Part shown: positions 22,773 to 30,591 of the stretch, one piece after another
Numbering within the stretch: position 1 is the stretch's first letter
How the letters are laid out: each line of letters begins with the position of its first letter
Assembly (NCBI GenBank): GCA_963733195.1
Contig: CAVTCR010000036.1
Location: 1 to 34,783, forward strand
Reading direction: 5' to 3'
Length of the DNA: 34,783 bases
DNA from: an uncultured delta proteobacterium
Lineage (GTDB): Bacteria > Desulfobacterota > Binatia > Bin18
The notes under the pieces: model-generated
Told to the model about the DNA's origin: nothing
Database searches by the model: none
Seen by the model: the letters and a program-made list of their open reading frames with translations, nothing else
Position numbers and translations under genes: made by a program

Positions 22773-23305
22773 GTCTGTGGCTCTTTCTTGCAGTCGCACT
22801 CTTGTTGGGCCTCGAACGTATAGTGTACATGTGGGCGTCACGCGACCCTGAGTCTTTCCGTGCCTGGTGTCTTCAGGTTTCCCCGGCATCGTCTGACACA
22901 CCGGTTACGGTGCTCCAGGAGCTTTTCTACGGGTTCAAAGGGATTCAGTTCGTCGTGTTTTTTGGCTGGTGCGCCTGGTACCAGCAGAGGGCACCGTCGA
23001 TGCTCGGCGAGGCAACGTTGCCGTTGGTCGTGGGCGGTACCTTACTGGTGATAGGACAGGTGCTCAATCTGAGTGTGTTTTACCGATTGGGGATGAACGG
23101 AGTATTTTACGGCAATCGATTTGGCGAGAAGATTCCCTGGTGTCGAGAGTTTCCCTTTTCTCTGTTTCGGCATCCGCAGTATGTCGGCACATTGTGTTCT
23201 ATCTGGGGATTTTTCGCCGCTGTACGTTTTCCGCATGACGATTGGTATCTGCTTCCTGCACTCGAAACGCTGTATTACGCCTACGGTGCGTACGTGGAGT
23301 TCTAA
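22769..23305 (+). CDS. PEMT-family membrane N-methyltransferase (plant PLMT-like)
   Basis: ATGA overlap with the upstream stop and RBS AAAGGAG; GQVLNLSVFYRLGMNGVFYGNRFGEKIPWCREFPFSLFRHPQYVG; 178 aa, hydrophobic. Confidence 0.85.
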   Translation: MSLWLFLAVALLLGLERIVYMWASRDPESFRAWCLQVSPASSDTPVTVLQELFYGFKGIQFVVFFGWCAWYQQRAPSMLGEATLPLVVGGTLLVIGQVLNLSVFYRLGMNGVFYGNRFGEKIPWCREFPFSLFRHPQYVGTLCSIWGFFAAVRFPHDDWYLLPALETLYYAYGAYVEF

Positions 23306-23351
23306 CCGACGGTGAGTAGGAACTGTCGATGGTAAAAACGAGTAGAGAATT

Positions 23352-24521
23352 TTGTTCGAGTCAGTACCGCCCATGAACTCACTTGTGCAATTGTCGCCCG
23401 TTTGGGACACAGGCTGTGCTGTCGAGCAGTCTGTGACGATTCAAAGCCATTACAAAAAGGTGCTCCTCCCGAATGAAGATATTTCCGATAGCCTGATCCA
23501 TCAACCGCATCGCTATCGGAGCGTGTTTGTTTCTGATCTGCATTTAGGTACGATGTCCTGTTGTGCTAGTGACTTTGTCCAGTTCCTTAATCATTTGCAG
23601 ACTGAGTATCTCTTTTTAGTCGGTGATATCTTTGACTTCTGGAAAATGCGGATTTTCAACCCCGTCAAGCTCGGCAAGCTACTAGGCACGGGAGTGCTCA
23701 GCCGTTCGCAGTTGACAGTGGTACAAAAACTCTTGCGAGCGGATCGCCACGGGGTAAAAACTGTCTTTGTGCCAGGCAACCATGACGAAGCGCTGCGCGA
23801 TTTCGTCGGCGCGCGACTCAGTAACATCATGTTGTTACGCGATGCTATCCATGAGACCAAAGACGGACGGCGTTTCCTTGTGCTGCATGGCGATTGTTTT
23901 GATGGGGCGGTGCGTCAGCATCGCTGGCTGAGTATCCTCGGGACCCATGCGTTTGAACTCGTTGCTAAGTTGAGCATGCACATCGATCGATGGCGTAAAT
24001 ATGCACGGATTAACCGGGTCTTAGAATACGTGGGGTTGGAATCGCGCTGGTCGTTAGCCCATGCGATCAAAACGCGCTCCGACGGTCGTACATACACCGA
24101 GTCTTACATCCAAGCGATTCTGACGTATCTCTTCACTAAAAATGAACAGATCTATGCGCGACAGAAACAGCGATCTTCTGCTCCTCATGAAACTTATTTT
24201 TCCGGGATTATCTGCGGCCATACCCACGTGCCAAAAGTCCGGCAATTCTGTTCGCCTATCGATGCCGATACCGGGGAAACCATCGGACCGCCAGTGGTAA
24301 CCTACCTGAACACCGGCCATTGGACCGGACGTCCGGTTGACGATGCAACAGCAACTGGAGCGTGGCACCAGGATTTGCAACACCCAGCATGCACAGCGGT
24401 GGTAGAGGATCTGGATGGACACCTAAGAGCGATACGATGGGTTCCAGGGAAGGGAATTGTGCCGCTTCTACAGAGGGACGAGACAGAGCGAGAACCGCAG
24501 CTCGACAAGTTGAGAGCCTGA
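23352..24521 (+). CDS. plcP: PlcP-type phospholipase C (LpxH-like metallophosphoesterase)
   Basis: YRSVFVSDLHLG, LVGDIFD, VVQKLLR, PGNHDE, HETKDGRRFLVLHGDCFD, GIICGHTH, YLNTG.W, CTAVVE..G. Start uncertain (23352 TTG or 23373 ATG). Confidence 0.8.
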   Translation: MFESVPPMNSLVQLSPVWDTGCAVEQSVTIQSHYKKVLLPNEDISDSLIHQPHRYRSVFVSDLHLGTMSCCASDFVQFLNHLQTEYLFLVGDIFDFWKMRIFNPVKLGKLLGTGVLSRSQLTVVQKLLRADRHGVKTVFVPGNHDEALRDFVGARLSNIMLLRDAIHETKDGRRFLVLHGDCFDGAVRQHRWLSILGTHAFELVAKLSMHIDRWRKYARINRVLEYVGLESRWSLAHAIKTRSDGRTYTESYIQAILTYLFTKNEQIYARQKQRSSAPHETYFSGIICGHTHVPKVRQFCSPIDADTGETIGPPVVTYLNTGHWTGRPVDDATATGAWHQDLQHPACTAVVEDLDGHLRAIRWVPGKGIVPLLQRDETEREPQLDKLRA

Positions 24522-24668
24522 CGGTGTGTACGCCGGTGAGCACCAAGCTCTGCCGCTATAGGAAAGCTATAGAAACGCTACAGCAAGATATGGAAAAGTA
24601 AGGGAGAGAGAAATCCGCAATCCACCTCAACCTACCTCTCGTGCCTCCTTACTAACCCGAGGTGAGTA

Positions 24669-25439
24669 ATGTTGGACTGTTTTTGCTCAGCGATCAAGCC
24701 AACGCGTGCCGTTATCTTCGATGTCGACGGCACCCTGCTCACGGATACAATTCATCAGGACAAGCATAACTTTATTATCAGCCAGGTGCTGCACCGGCCC
24801 GACTTGCTGCTCTCCGCAGAAGAGTGGCAAGGCATCCGTGGGTTATCGGACGACGATGCGTATCGGTACATAGCCGCGAAGGCAGCGGCTCATACCTTTG
24901 CCCTTGAAACCTCGCTCCCTGAAGCCACTTACCTAGCGATGGTACACGGCTATGTGAACGACCACGTCGACGACATCTCCGTCCGTCCTGGGGTCCGCGA
25001 GGTGCTCTCTGCCGTTGAACAGTGCGGACTAGTGATGGGCGTCGCAACCAATGCTGACTGGCCTGAAACTGAAAGAAAACTGTCACGAACCGGACTGGCA
25101 AAATACTTCCATTTTTTCGTATGTCTAGATGGAGTCCTGGTGCCAAAGCCCGCACCAGACTTGTATCTGCGTGGCATTCGCTTGGTGCGCGACATTGTCG
25201 GCAACAACATAGAACCGGAACAGGTCTTGGCAATTGAAGATACCCACGTTGGCGCACTGGCCGCGCAGAGAGCCGGGTGTCGCGTGATTGTGTGTCTGCA
25301 AGACGGAAGAGACATGCTCGTCGATGACGCAACGCATGACCACCGAAGCGTGTTGATCGCTAACAGTATCCACGACAGCATCAAGTACATCAGACCAACT
25401 GAAAACCATTCACGTTCCTGTCCTTTGCTGAGCATCTGA
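24669..25439 (+). CDS. HAD-superfamily phosphatase (CbbY/beta-PGM-like)
   Basis: IFDVDGTL, VATN, PKPAPDLY, AIEDTHVG..AAQRAG. Confidence 0.88.
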   Translation: MLDCFCSAIKPTRAVIFDVDGTLLTDTIHQDKHNFIISQVLHRPDLLLSAEEWQGIRGLSDDDAYRYIAAKAAAHTFALETSLPEATYLAMVHGYVNDHVDDISVRPGVREVLSAVEQCGLVMGVATNADWPETERKLSRTGLAKYFHFFVCLDGVLVPKPAPDLYLRGIRLVRDIVGNNIEPEQVLAIEDTHVGALAAQRAGCRVIVCLQDGRDMLVDDATHDHRSVLIANSIHDSIKYIRPTENHSRSCPLLSI

Positions 25440-25528
25440 ATCAAGGATCATGGCTGACACAAATGGCAACGGCCAGCAGTACATAAAGATAGACTCTCTG
25501 GCGCCAGTCTCTTCACGAGTTTTCCATC

Positions 25529-27619
25529 TTACGAAGGCGTCTGCGGTGTAAACGGTAACAGGAGAGGTTGACTGCTGGCGGTCAATTCGTACAAACGCTC
25601 TTGGGAGCGAAAGGGTGGATCCCCAGTCGCTGTTAGACGTTTCGAATGACCGTCTGAGAGGATCACGCGAGCTTTGACTGTGTCACCTAACTGAATATCG
25701 AGAATCTTGCGAAGGTGTGTCTGCAAGTGCGGATCGAGAATTGGAAACGCGACCTCAATACGGTTATCAAGATTCCGAGGCATCCAATCGGACGACGCGA
25801 GCCAATACTCTGGGGTCCCTGCATTGTGGAAATAGAAAATCCGCGCGTGCTCAAGGTAGCGGTCGATAATCGAGATGACACGGATACGGTCGGAAACTCC
25901 AGGGATACCGGGGCGCAGACAGCACAAGCCACGGACAATCAGGTCAATCTGAACGCCTGCTTGGCTGGCAGCATACAATTCGTCAATCACCACAGGGTCT
26001 TCTAACCCGTTCATTTTGGCAATCAAGTGAGCAGACTGTCCAGCGCGGGCGTGCTCCGCTTCCCGCTGGATACGTCGCACTAAGCCATCGCGCAAATCGA
26101 AGGGAGAAACCAACAAGTGGCGAGATTCCCGTGGGTGGGCATAGCCAGTCATGAGGTTAAACAATTCAGTTAAATCTTCTCCGAACGTATCACGACAAGT
26201 GAAGAGGCCGAGGTCACCATATATGGTGCTGGTACGGACGTTGTAGTTACCAGTGCCGAGGTGACAATAGCGGCGCAGTCCGTCTGCTTCCTGGCGGACC
26301 ACCATGCACGCCTTACAATGGGTCTTATACCCGACGATGCCATAGACCACGTGGGCACCAACTTCTTCTAGTGCGCGTGCCCAGGAAATATTTGCTTCTT
26401 CATCAAAGCGTGCGCGCAGTTCCAGTAACACCGCTACTTCCTTGCCATTCTCTGCGGCGCGGGCGAGAATCTGTGGAATGGGTGAGGCTGATCCGACGCG
26501 ATACAAGGTCATCTTGATTGCCAGCACTTTGGGATCATCTGCTGCCTCTTCCAAGAAGCGCGTCACGGTGCGGAACGACTGATAGGGATGATGAACAAGA
26601 ATGTCGCCGCTGCGAATGGCGCTCCACACATCAGGGGTGCCCTCGAATGCCGACACTGGAAGTGCTGGTTGGGGGCGATCTTTGAGCCGTGGCAAATCGA
26701 TGGCAGTATATAACTGAAAGAGATCAGCAAATGCCGTAAAGCCCTTGCCGGGATATAAGTCTTCCGGTTGGAGTTCAAGTTCAGTAACGAGCTTGGTCAG
26801 CACATCGACAGGAAGATCATCGTCATACTGCAAACGCACTGCCGCGCCCATCCGGCGATCCCTCACACTTTGTTCTATCGCGGAGAGTAGGTCCTGGTTT
26901 CGCACGAGGGGCAGTTGCATATCAGCATCACGGGTGACGCGCACGGCATGGCACGAAAGGACCTCATACCCATGATAGAGCTGCGACAAGTACAGATGAA
27001 TAACATCTTCCAACAAGATAAAGACGTATTCACCCGCCGAGGCTGGCAACGCAATAAAACGCGGGACGACCTGCGCTGGAAGATGCACAACCGAAAGTGA
27101 GGTCTTCGGCAGATGCGATGGTCTGGACGGCCGCAGAGATGCGACCAGGCAGAGCGAGCGATTGGCAAGGTGCGGGAACGGATGTCCTGGATCAATTGCT
27201 AACGGGGTAACAATCGGAAACAGCGTGCGGCGAAAGTAGTCTTGGAGGAAATGCTTTTGGCCCTCTGTCAGGTCGGGAGGACTAATAATACGAATTCCTT
27301 CGGTCATTAACCGTGGCTGCAGATCTTCCAAAAAACATCGATGCTGCTCCTCAGCCAGACGATGCACGCGCTCGGCAATAGCGGTTAGCGTCTGGGCGGG
27401 AGTGAGTCCATCGGGGCCGGACTGCTGGTCTCCGGTAGCAATACGCTGTTGGAGGCGAGCTACCCGCACCATGAAGAATTCGTCGAGATTGGAACTGAAA
27501 ATCGCCAGGAATTTCACTCGTTCCAACAGTGGAACACTTTCATCGAGCGCTTCCTCAAGCACACGGCGGTTGAACTCCAGCCACGAGAGTTCTCGATTGG
27601 TATACAGGTGCACTTCCAT
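25529..27619 (-). CDS. ppk1: Polyphosphate kinase 1
   Basis: NRELSWLEFNRRVL, SSNLDEFFMVRVA, HPFP, HHPYQSF, IKMTLYR, KTHCK, GTGNYN, YLEHARI; intact 696 aa. Confidence 0.97.
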   Translation of the reverse strand: MEVHLYTNRELSWLEFNRRVLEEALDESVPLLERVKFLAIFSSNLDEFFMVRVARLQQRIATGDQQSGPDGLTPAQTLTAIAERVHRLAEEQHRCFLEDLQPRLMTEGIRIISPPDLTEGQKHFLQDYFRRTLFPIVTPLAIDPGHPFPHLANRSLCLVASLRPSRPSHLPKTSLSVVHLPAQVVPRFIALPASAGEYVFILLEDVIHLYLSQLYHGYEVLSCHAVRVTRDADMQLPLVRNQDLLSAIEQSVRDRRMGAAVRLQYDDDLPVDVLTKLVTELELQPEDLYPGKGFTAFADLFQLYTAIDLPRLKDRPQPALPVSAFEGTPDVWSAIRSGDILVHHPYQSFRTVTRFLEEAADDPKVLAIKMTLYRVGSASPIPQILARAAENGKEVAVLLELRARFDEEANISWARALEEVGAHVVYGIVGYKTHCKACMVVRQEADGLRRYCHLGTGNYNVRTSTIYGDLGLFTCRDTFGEDLTELFNLMTGYAHPRESRHLLVSPFDLRDGLVRRIQREAEHARAGQSAHLIAKMNGLEDPVVIDELYAASQAGVQIDLIVRGLCCLRPGIPGVSDRIRVISIIDRYLEHARIFYFHNAGTPEYWLASSDWMPRNLDNRIEVAFPILDPHLQTHLRKILDIQLGDTVKARVILSDGHSKRLTATGDPPFRSQERLYELTASSQPLLLPFTPQTPS

Positions 27620-27622
27620 GCT

Positions 27623-28603
27623 TCAGACTCCTCGCCCGAACGTCTCGCGCAGAAGCAATCCTTGTCGTACACCTTCGGTACACACTGTGAGGGTACGATA
27701 GTTGCCGAGTCTCATGACTTCTTCGACGACAACGGTTCCCGCAAGGATGACGTCCGCGCGCTCCTCTTTGAGGCCGCCCAATTGCGTACGTTCGCGTGCC
27801 GAGAGTCCCTCCATGCGTTCGCGGAGCGCAGTGATGTCGGCTCGTTGGAGGCTTAGCCCTAGTCGCGACCGTTGCTTATTGATGGCGGTCAAATGCATAC
27901 GCCCGAGGGTCCGGATGGTCCCACCGAGCCCAACCATTTCGTTGCCAGAAGTCGATAGGAAAAATTTTCTTTCGAGCTGACGCTGGACTTCCTGACGTAG
28001 CGCCTGTACTTGCTGTGCGGTTGGCGGATCGCTTTTGAAAAACCGGAAGGTAGTGCGAACTGACCCGAGCGGCAAGCTGGCAGCTGAGGTGATTTCCTCT
28101 TCGCGCACGTGAGAGAGTTGGAGGCTGCCGCCACCAAGATCCGCGACGGTGCCGTTGCGGAAGGAAAGGCTCCGCAACGCGGCCTGGGTGCCCAACAAGG
28201 CTTCTTCTAAGCCACTGAGAATGCGGACCGAGACCCCAGCTTCGCGCTGCAACTTCTCCAGCAATTCATTGCGATTCGTCGCCTCGCGCACGGCTGACGT
28301 GGCTACGGCGAGGATACGCGGGCGATACTCCCGTCGAGCTTCGCGGAGAAAGCGGCGGATGGCGTCGGTGGTTTCCCTGATCGCTGTGGGAGACAATACG
28401 CCAGGACGACCAGCGCTCAGGCGCGTTTGTACACGTTCTTCGCGGAGCACCTGAAAGCCTACTCCCGGAAGGACTGAAGCGACAAGACAGCGGACGGCAT
28501 TTGATCCTAATTCTACCAGCGCGAGAAACTCAGACACATGAGAAGCATAAGAAAGTGCTCCGCGAAGATCAAGAGCGACCTCACTTTTTGTCGATACTGG
28601 CAT
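27623..28603 (-). CDS. ppx: Ppx/GppA-family exopolyphosphatase (short, catalytic domain only)
   Basis: ELGSNAVR, VATSAVREATN, LSGLEEA, DLGGGSLQ, SLPLG, GLGGTIR, ERADVILAG, GVRQGLL; ATG 28603 after GGAGAGGGAG. Confidence 0.92.
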   Translation of the reverse strand: MPVSTKSEVALDLRGALSYASHVSEFLALVELGSNAVRCLVASVLPGVGFQVLREERVQTRLSAGRPGVLSPTAIRETTDAIRRFLREARREYRPRILAVATSAVREATNRNELLEKLQREAGVSVRILSGLEEALLGTQAALRSLSFRNGTVADLGGGSLQLSHVREEEITSAASLPLGSVRTTFRFFKSDPPTAQQVQALRQEVQRQLERKFFLSTSGNEMVGLGGTIRTLGRMHLTAINKQRSRLGLSLQRADITALRERMEGLSARERTQLGGLKEERADVILAGTVVVEEVMRLGNYRTLTVCTEGVRQGLLLRETFGRGV

Positions 28604-28953
28604 TAACCACTCCCTCTCCACCCCCCACAATATACGCCTCCAGTTTTGCTAAAGCCTGTTGTACGTCCTCTCCTGAGGCGTTCAGGTGTCGCATAACCCG
28701 CCGCATATCGATCATGTCTCCCGGATGACGAAGGAAGTGCAGCAGCACCTTGTCTCCCGTGTCCTCGGGATCGATTTGCAGTGTCAAAGGAACTACGCTC
28801 TGGTTGATTGCTTGCCCAACATCGGCTGCGGTGGCGTGAAAGGTAACGCATCAATTTACGTACGCGTCGGATAGCGTATGGATGACGGTGCAAATGTTGA
28901 GCGATCTTATCCCTCACCTCGTCAGGTGTATGCAGACGATCGGATGAATCCAT
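28581..28953 (-). CDS. Hypothetical ~123-aa protein with two tandem helical repeats (one frameshift near 28843)
   Basis: RBS GGAG + ATG 28953. Removing one base joins MDSSDRLHTPDEVRDKIAQHLHRHP.. to ..DKVLLHFLRHP..IDKK*. Overlaps the ppx start. Confidence 0.65.
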
Positions 28954-29018
28954 AAATGTAGATCTCCAAAAAATCCTTACTTTTCCAGGACGATGGAAGG
29001 AAAAAGAAAGTAAGAAGA

Positions 29019-29073
29019 ACTCTGCCACACAAATGTGACAAGAATATGACAGACAGATGACGTGTGTATGACG
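29019..29073 (-). promoter_or_regulatory. Four-unit Pho-box-like array upstream of the hypothetical-ppx-ppk1 operon
   Basis: Minus strand CGTCAT, CGTCAT, TGTCAT, TGTCAC (plus-strand starts 29068, 29057, 29046, 29035; exact 11-bp period), then 10 bp and CAGAGT. Confidence 0.8.
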
Positions 29074-29104
29074 TGTCAATACATCTTGCGTCTCCTGGTG
29101 CCTG

Positions 29105-29132
29105 CTTCACTAAATTTTCATCGTGTTGTCAC
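29105..29132 (+). promoter_or_regulatory. Three-unit Pho-box-like array upstream of the 75-aa ORF
   Basis: CTTCAC 29105, TTTCAT 29116, TGTCAC 29127 (11-bp period). Confidence 0.65.
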
Positions 29133-29188
29133 TTGCTCGTAGACCCTGCGATGTATCAAGAGAGCACCTTTCTCGTTAAGGAGCCTGT

Positions 29189-29416
29189 ATGTCTCAGGAT
29201 GAATCGATTTACCTCTCTCTGCGCCTGCCGTTTTTTTGGTGGCGTCGCCTGCAGCGAGTCGCCGGGAGCTGCTCTGCTGCCCCGAACGAATTTGCACGCG
29301 AGACCATCGAAGCCGAAATTGTTAGACGCGAACTGTTGTTAGAAAAACAGGGGCAGATTGAGGACGACTGGCTGAGCCTGGTAACCGGTGCGATACCGCC
29401 CTCTCGGCTACAGTAA
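29189..29416 (+). CDS. Small protein, possible ribbon-helix-helix DNA-binding protein
   Basis: RBS TAAGGAG; IYLSLRLP (strand), WWRRLQRVAG (helix), PNEFARETIEAEIVRRE (helix) pattern. Confidence 0.6.
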   Translation: MSQDESIYLSLRLPFFWWRRLQRVAGSCSAAPNEFARETIEAEIVRRELLLEKQGQIEDDWLSLVTGAIPPSRLQ

Positions 29417-29475
29417 CAGCGTGTTTCTTCTGTGAACAGCGTTGCGCGGCTGGTGCACGTTGTGAAAGGAAGCCC

Positions 29476-29880
29476 TTATGACGATGCTAACGGGGAACTT
29501 TGTTTCTCCTTCGATGCTTTACTCAGATCTCGGATGTCTTGATCGAAGAGCATTTCTTGTACGAATGCCGCGAGAGTGTGCTGTGCCTCTGTGTAGCAGC
29601 CACGACCAAGTGGGGTAAGCTTATAGTAACGACGAACCCTACCTTGGACAGTGGTTGTGTGACTCTTGAGCAGTTTTGTCTGCTCGAGTGTGTGAAGCAG
29701 AGGGTAGAGCGTTCCTGGACTCACAGTGTAGTCGAATTTGCGTAATGCTTTGATCAGGGCGCCCCCATATACCGGCTCGTGTTGGGCACGCTGGAGGATA
29801 AACAGTTTGATCATCCCATTGATGAGCGATCGGCGGAGTGAGTTTACGGAATCATGCAGATCAAACTTGCGGGTTGCCAT
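29476..29880 (-). CDS. PadR-family transcriptional regulator
   Basis: IKLFIL..EPVYG..SPGTLYPLLHTLE..RVRRYYKLTPLGR. Confidence 0.9.
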   Translation of the reverse strand: MATRKFDLHDSVNSLRRSLINGMIKLFILQRAQHEPVYGGALIKALRKFDYTVSPGTLYPLLHTLEQTKLLKSHTTTVQGRVRRYYKLTPLGRGCYTEAQHTLAAFVQEMLFDQDIRDLSKASKEKQSSPLASS

Positions 29881-29898
29881 TTCTCTCAGGCGACCAAC

Positions 29899-29942
29899 AC
29901 GATGTTACCCGGTGATGTCTATTATGTGACGATTCGATGAAT
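29899..29942 (-). promoter_or_regulatory. Weak Pho-box-like promoter of padR
   Basis: Minus strand ATTCAT, CGTCAC, AGACAT (plus-strand starts 29937, 29926, 29915), then 10 bp and CATCGT. Confidence 0.4.
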
Positions 29943-29989
29943 TTTTTGCAAGAGGCCCAGAATAGGACGACTTCGTTATTTTTTATTTT

Positions 29990-30022
29990 CGACATGCGCT
30001 CGTAACACACACATAGTATCGT
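29990..30022 (+). promoter_or_regulatory. Pho-box-like promoter of the 68-aa ORF
   Basis: CGACAT 29990, CGTAAC 30001, then 10 bp and TATCGT 30017. Confidence 0.45.
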
Positions 30023-30063
30023 TCCTGTATTGATCTCGACAGAACTAATCACAGGAGGTCATT

Positions 30064-30270
30064 ATGTACGAATCTATTCAAGAAAGAATTCCGTCTCACG
30101 TCCACGTTATTCTTACTGAAGTCGAACTGACCCAACCTTCTCTTCGTCGTGTGCTCTCACGAATATGCAAACAACAGCGGCGTTGGTGGAATGAAGAACG
30201 GCTGGCACTACTGGCGTTAGGTTTGGGGAATGCCTGTTTTCTTGGGCTTGTGCTGTGGTGGATTTTGTAG
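30064..30270 (+). CDS. Small hypothetical protein with C-terminal transmembrane helix
   Basis: Strong RBS AGGAGG; 68 aa ending LALLALGLGNACFLGLVLWWIL. Confidence 0.65.
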   Translation: MYESIQERIPSHVHVILTEVELTQPSLRRVLSRICKQQRRWWNEERLALLALGLGNACFLGLVLWWIL

Positions 30271-30319
30271 CGATTCATTTCATTCGTCACCAAAATTTTC
30301 GCTTTGTGTCATATTTCTC

Positions 30320-30536
30320 TCCAACTCATCCCTCAACCTCCTCCAACCCGAAAACACATCGGCGTGTTAAACGACAATAACTTTCCCTTCAGCGTCGGGC
30401 GGCATGTCGAAAGCAAACAACCGGTGACAATGAGTTTATCATCATTCGTCTTGGGACGATTCCTCCCTTCGCTCGACGAGGGGAGGGGACGCAGGCCCGC
30501 AGGTTTTCCTCTCCGTCTGTGGGCCTGTTGTTTTTA
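30320..30536 (+). ncRNA. Candidate structured non-coding RNA (or long 3' UTR)
   Basis: No credible ORF; nested pairings, a hairpin at about 30461-30488, and a terminator at the 3' end. Confidence 0.35.
30492..30536 (+). terminator. Rho-independent terminator
   Basis: CAGGCCCGCAG / CTGTGGGCCTG stem followed by TTGTTTTT. Confidence 0.7.
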
Positions 30537-30586
30537 TCGATTCTTCATCGTCCTTTCATCTTCATGTAATAACGCGTCTCTATACT
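30532..30586 (+). promoter_or_regulatory. Pho-box-like promoter with no ORF directly downstream
   Basis: TTTTAT 30532, CTTCAT 30543, TTTCAT 30554, TGTAAT 30565 (11-bp period), then 10 bp and TATACT 30581. Confidence 0.65.
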
Positions 30587-30591
30587 AGGTG

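Noticed and set aside
23352-24521. Calling this gene lpxH (lipid A synthesis)
   Set aside because: Motif spacing (VVQKLLR, HETxDGRRFLVLHGDxFD, CTAVVE) and the GT4 neighbour fit PlcP better.
29035-29073. Short tandem repeats as a CRISPR array or iterons
   Set aside because: The units are 6 bp at an 11-bp period with no spacers and no cas or rep genes; this fits response-regulator binding sites.
30320-30536. Known riboswitch, tRNA, tmRNA or 6S RNA
   Set aside because: I recognised no diagnostic consensus; the region is kept only as an unclassified ncRNA candidate.
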